A stretch of 64,000 nt of DNA from Perna viridis (taxonomy: Eukaryota): positions 1,364,001 to 1,428,000 of the forward strand of contig CM074512.1 of the NCBI GenBank assembly GCA_037379345.1, written 5' to 3'. The translations under genes were made by a program, and so were the position numbers. Each line of letters begins with the position of its first letter. Position 1 is the first letter of the stretch. The notes beneath the pieces are model-generated. The model worked only from the letters and a program-made list of their open reading frames with translations, did no database searches and was not told where the DNA came from. Shown one piece after another: positions 62,701 through 64,000 of the stretch.

Positions 62701-62767
62701 TTCTCTCGGCGAATACTGATTGCAACTGGTCCAAAATTTTCATCAATACCAAAATAATTCTGATGAT
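32573..62767 (-). CDS. SIPA1L1: Signal-induced proliferation-associated 1-like protein (SIPA1L/SPAR; RapGAP + PDZ + SPAR_C coiled coil), last 22 coding exons; 5' end lies beyond right edge
   Basis: 22 GT-AG exons (3,233 nt) join in one frame. RapGAP motifs [34 protein letters not shown] and [11 protein letters not shown] (Asn thumb); PDZ motif [11 protein letters not shown]; C-terminal [15 protein letters not shown] and [10 protein letters not shown]. Orthology to a specific vertebrate paralogue (L1/L2/L3) cannot be resolved. Confidence 0.95.
32772..33768 (+). mobile_element. Non-autonomous interspersed element with internal tandem blocks (HINE/Helentron-like); relatives at ~9165-9600 and ~54365-55795
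   Basis: Shared start (ga..cgctcacctg-like), shared ggcagccatgttttt and accaagtttggtt blocks, and gccaagtga...gtgagctaaaa end. Superfamily assignment is inference. Confidence 0.55.
34500..34590 (-). CDS. SIPA1L1: SIPA1L exon ([30 protein letters not shown])
   Basis: ctgtag/gtaaga, coiled-coil KVxQLE motif. Confidence 0.9.
35723..35768 (-). CDS. SIPA1L1: SIPA1L small exon ([15 protein letters not shown])
   Basis: ttgtag/gtttgt, 46 nt; needed to bridge phase 1 to phase 2. Confidence 0.75.
35780..36855. repeat. Minisatellite, 36-bp unit, ~30 copies, abutting a SIPA1L acceptor
   Basis: Unit ggacaagtttattactacagacatgtcatggaggtg. Confidence 0.95.
37557..37693 (-). CDS. SIPA1L1: SIPA1L exon (...[23 protein letters not shown])
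   Basis: ttttag/gtaagt, SPAR_C motif LxWSNLV. Confidence 0.9.
37709..39072. mobile_element. Probable Tc1/mariner (pogo/Tigger-like) MITE
   Basis: ta|CAGT...cttataacg left end; gttaaaactttaACTG|tt right end; internal ataacgaa and cagtccc motifs. Confidence 0.5.
37720..38160. repeat. Minisatellite, 15-bp unit (ggcttataacgtaca variants), ~29 copies
   Basis: Direct reading; alternating variants give a 30-bp higher-order period. Confidence 0.95.
39329..39486 (-). CDS. SIPA1L1: SIPA1L exon (AKKSEG...[10 protein letters not shown]...)
   Basis: ttgcag/gtaagt, SPAR_C motif RTxSDES. Confidence 0.9.
40174..40327 (-). CDS. SIPA1L1: SIPA1L exon ([18 protein letters not shown]...[10 protein letters not shown]...)
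   Basis: ttgtag/gtattt, phase 2 to 0; ELKRLID resembles the SIPA1L DLxKLID motif. Confidence 0.85.
40453..40618. mobile_element. MITE/HINE-like element with 14-bp inverted repeats tttattatatagat; longer inverted copy at 62004-62385, fragment at ~40088-40170
   Basis: The same inverted repeats and flanks occur at three places in the window. Confidence 0.6.
40705..40915. repeat. Minisatellite, 35-37-bp unit, ~6 copies
   Basis: Unit tatctcctatatgacaggggtggagaagcagtgac. Confidence 0.92.
41037..43043. mobile_element. ~2-kb non-autonomous DNA transposon with degenerate TIRs and a probable nested element at ~41670-42253
   Basis: tcatcccaagatggaggat (~41060) is the inverse of atcttccatcttgggatga (~43001), with similarity extending ~20 bp outward. 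Confidence 0.55.
43208..43310 (-). CDS. SIPA1L1: SIPA1L exon (EDISRFRQK...SSPKPQH)
   Basis: tttcag/gttagt, phase 1 to 2. Confidence 0.8.
43345..43503. repeat. Minisatellite, ~41-bp unit, 4 copies
   Basis: Unit ttagacaattcacgtcctgttcaaccattt(a/g)aacattataa. Confidence 0.9.
43570..43666. repeat. Minisatellite, ~23-bp unit, 4 copies
   Basis: atgttccattgatatttaatg repeated. Confidence 0.85.
43702..44028 (-). CDS. SIPA1L1: SIPA1L exon (SPSPINRSK...RNYTDSK), Ser-rich
   Basis: tttcag/gtttgt, phase 1 to 1, open. Confidence 0.8.
44715..44885. repeat. Degenerate minisatellite, ~40-bp unit, ~4 copies
   Basis: ctccatggc..taagaac.gctttctctt repeated. Confidence 0.75.
45494..45684 (-). CDS. SIPA1L1: SIPA1L exon (MDMKNSPF...SDYAYLI)
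   Basis: tttcag/gtaagt, phase 2 to 1, open. Confidence 0.8.
47583..48282. repeat. Minisatellite, ~39-44-bp unit, ~17 copies
   Basis: acaactcactatgtcacagatatatctaccaaataa(gacacaa)tat repeated. Confidence 0.95.
49024..49278 (-). CDS. SIPA1L1: SIPA1L exon (GVAMLHTD...KPLTPTR)
   Basis: tttacag/gtacca, 255 nt open, phase 2 to 2; low-conservation linker. Confidence 0.75.
49847..50097 (-). CDS. SIPA1L1: SIPA1L exon, PDZ domain ([18 protein letters not shown]...DGTPR)
   Basis: tag/gtatga, PDZ signature. Confidence 0.94.
50200..50835. repeat. Minisatellite, 43-bp unit, ~15 copies
   Basis: Unit gatcaatcacacaacagatggacatactgctcacataacaact. Confidence 0.95.
51205..51319 (-). CDS. SIPA1L1: SIPA1L exon (IRIYFNQGE...VTSGCE)
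   Basis: ttttag/gtaagt, conserved peptide. Confidence 0.92.
52190..54121 (-). repeat. Minisatellite, ~47-bp unit, ~20 copies, made of a SIPA1L exon end plus its donor site; interrupted by the solo LTR
   Basis: Minus-strand unit ctggacctctcaggctacagg|gtaagtatttactgggttttttggct. Confidence 0.95.
52300..53295 (+). mobile_element. Solo LTR (~996 bp), Gypsy-type
   Basis: TGTAACG...CGTGACA termini, 4-bp TSD atac/atat, splits one unit of the 47-bp array; AATAAA near 53115. Orientation is tentative. Confidence 0.78.
54100..54245 (-). CDS. SIPA1L1: SIPA1L exon (VEDYG...FLGISSE...[10 protein letters not shown])
   Basis: ttccag/gtaagt, conserved LGIS and VIGW motifs. Confidence 0.92.
56005..56102 (-). 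CDS. SIPA1L1: SIPA1L exon ([13 protein letters not shown]...GTTIWNVQ)
   Basis: ttttag/gtattg, phase-compatible. Confidence 0.88.
56739..56873 (-). CDS. SIPA1L1: SIPA1L exon ([29 protein letters not shown]...)
   Basis: tttag/gtaagt, end of RapGAP domain. Confidence 0.93.
57225..57502. repeat. Minisatellite, 25-bp unit, ~11 copies
   Basis: Unit tatagatattgatcatgtttatcag. Confidence 0.95.
57734..57840 (-). CDS. SIPA1L1: SIPA1L exon ([14 protein letters not shown]...FADFLMAK)
   Basis: tttcag/gtagga, RapGAP peptide. Confidence 0.93.
57990..58300. repeat. Minisatellite, ~39-47-bp unit, ~7 copies, abutting a SIPA1L donor
   Basis: acagttatcatgactgactgataaagtggaatacatgtagtt repeated. Confidence 0.9.
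58311..58468 (-). CDS. SIPA1L1: SIPA1L exon ([20 protein letters not shown]...), catalytic Asn thumb
   Basis: ttctag/gtatgt, RapGAP catalytic motif. Confidence 0.95.
59101..59204 (-). CDS. SIPA1L1: SIPA1L exon ([10 protein letters not shown]...[19 protein letters not shown])
   Basis: tttcag/gtaaga, RapGAP peptide. Confidence 0.94.
60878..60976 (-). CDS. SIPA1L1: SIPA1L exon ([11 protein letters not shown]...KYRAQLDNK)
   Basis: ttttag/gtaagt, RapGAP peptide. Confidence 0.93.
61172..61247 (-). CDS. SIPA1L1: SIPA1L exon ([25 protein letters not shown])
   Basis: tttcag/gtaagt, RapGAP peptide. Confidence 0.93.
61744..61935 (-). CDS. SIPA1L1: SIPA1L exon ([14 protein letters not shown]...LLKLDEQG)
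   Basis: tttcag/gtaagt, 192 nt, conserved peptide. Confidence 0.93.
62622..62767 (-). CDS. SIPA1L1: SIPA1L exon ([22 protein letters not shown]...IIFRTSE)
   Basis: tag acceptor, gtaata donor, conserved peptide. Confidence 0.93.
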
Positions 62768-63382
62768 CTATCAAAAACAGAATGAGGTTGATAATTACAT
62801 GAGAAGTGGCCTCTCTTATGTTATGGGGGAAAATAAGAATTAAACATAATATCAACTTAGTGACAAGTTTAAAATATTCTAAATTGCCAGCTGGAAAATG
62901 GTCACAAGACCAAAATATGATAACTTGGCACAGGCTGACAGTACAAACTTTAATTTGACTTCATTATAAGAGTAAAATCCTTACACATGCATATAATCTA
63001 TATACATGTATATTTTACAACATACTTTAACATAAACGGTACATGTAATATTACACCATTATTCTGAAATAGCAATGGTGGTCACGATTTAGTTTCATCA
63101 GCATTTTAAAAGAAGGTACACCAAGGAAATATTGACTACTGGTTGGCAAATAACATGTACAAATGTATCTTACAATGTATTTGGAATATTTTTTTACCCT
63201 TTTTGAGAAATTGGGAAACTTACACTAGGGGATACAGCCTTATTTCAGTAGCACAAGCATTGTTCATTGTATTGATCACCATTATCATACATTTATAACT
63301 TGCTCTTTCTTCTATTTCTTCTTTTTCTTTTGCCTCTCAACTTTTTTGTTTTTTGTTTATTTTTTTTGCTTTAACAATGTGG

Positions 63383-64000
63383 AAGCTCTGAACTTGTGAT
63401 ATCCTAGTGCCATCAGAGACAATAACTCTATACTTTAGGTATCCCAGTGCAATCAAAGACAATAGCTCTGAATTTTAAGTACCCTAGTCCCATCAGAGAC
63501 AATAGCTCTAAACCTCATGTATCCTGGTGCCAGGAGCCAGGAGCCAGAGACAATAGCTCTATACTTTAGGTATCTCAGTGCCATCAGAGACAACAGCTCT
63601 TAACTTAAGGTATCAAATTACTACATGTATTAAAGACAATAGCTCCATACTTTTGGTTATCCAGTGCCATCAGAGACAATCGCTCTGAACTTAAGGTATC
63701 CCAGTGCCATCTGAGACAATCACTCTGAACTTAAGGTATCCCAATGTCATCTGAGGCAATAGCTCTGACCATTAGGTATCCCAGTGCCATCAGAGACAAA
63801 AGCTCTTAACTTTAGGTATCCCAGTACCATCAGAGACAATCGCTCTGAACTTAAGGTATCCCAGTGCCATCAGAGACAATTGCTCTGAACTTAAGGTATC
63901 CCAGTGCCATCAGAGACAATAGCTCTTAACTTAAGGTTTCCCAGTGCTATCAGAGACAATAGCTCTGACCATTAGGTATCCTTTTGTTTTCAGAGACAAT
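63383..64000. repeat. Minisatellite, ~40-bp unit, at least 15 copies, runs off the window edge
   Basis: Unit ggtatcccagtgccatcagagacaatagctctgaacttaa. Confidence 0.93.

Overview
AT-rich animal genomic DNA with spliced genes, not prokaryotic. The repeat landscape looks like a bivalve mollusc, possibly a mussel (inference). Three host genes are present: (1) the first five coding exons of DYNC2LI1 on the minus strand (ATG at 10852, running off the left edge); (2) an intact KIF-binding protein (KIFBP) CDS with no introns on the plus strand (21271-22995); (3) the last 22 coding exons of a SIPA1L/SPAR RapGAP-PDZ gene on the minus strand (62767 to 32573), which splice into one continuous frame of about 1,077 codons. 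Introns and intergenic DNA contain many minisatellites, a decayed LINE, two kinds of Penelope-like element (PLE), Gypsy LTR remnants and MITEs. The most notable observations are: a truncated Gypsy-type element with an SGNH-hydrolase-like ORF at the env position, preceded by a splice acceptor and bracketed by 19-bp direct repeats; a PLE whose pseudo-LTR has a minimal hammerhead ribozyme plus a tRNA-like Pol III module; a ~240-bp palindrome with a minimal hammerhead on each strand just upstream of KIFBP; and minisatellites made of amplified real 5' splice sites (about 20 copies in SIPA1L, about 6 in DYNC2LI1). Everything was read by eye; repeat and transposon boundaries are approximate.
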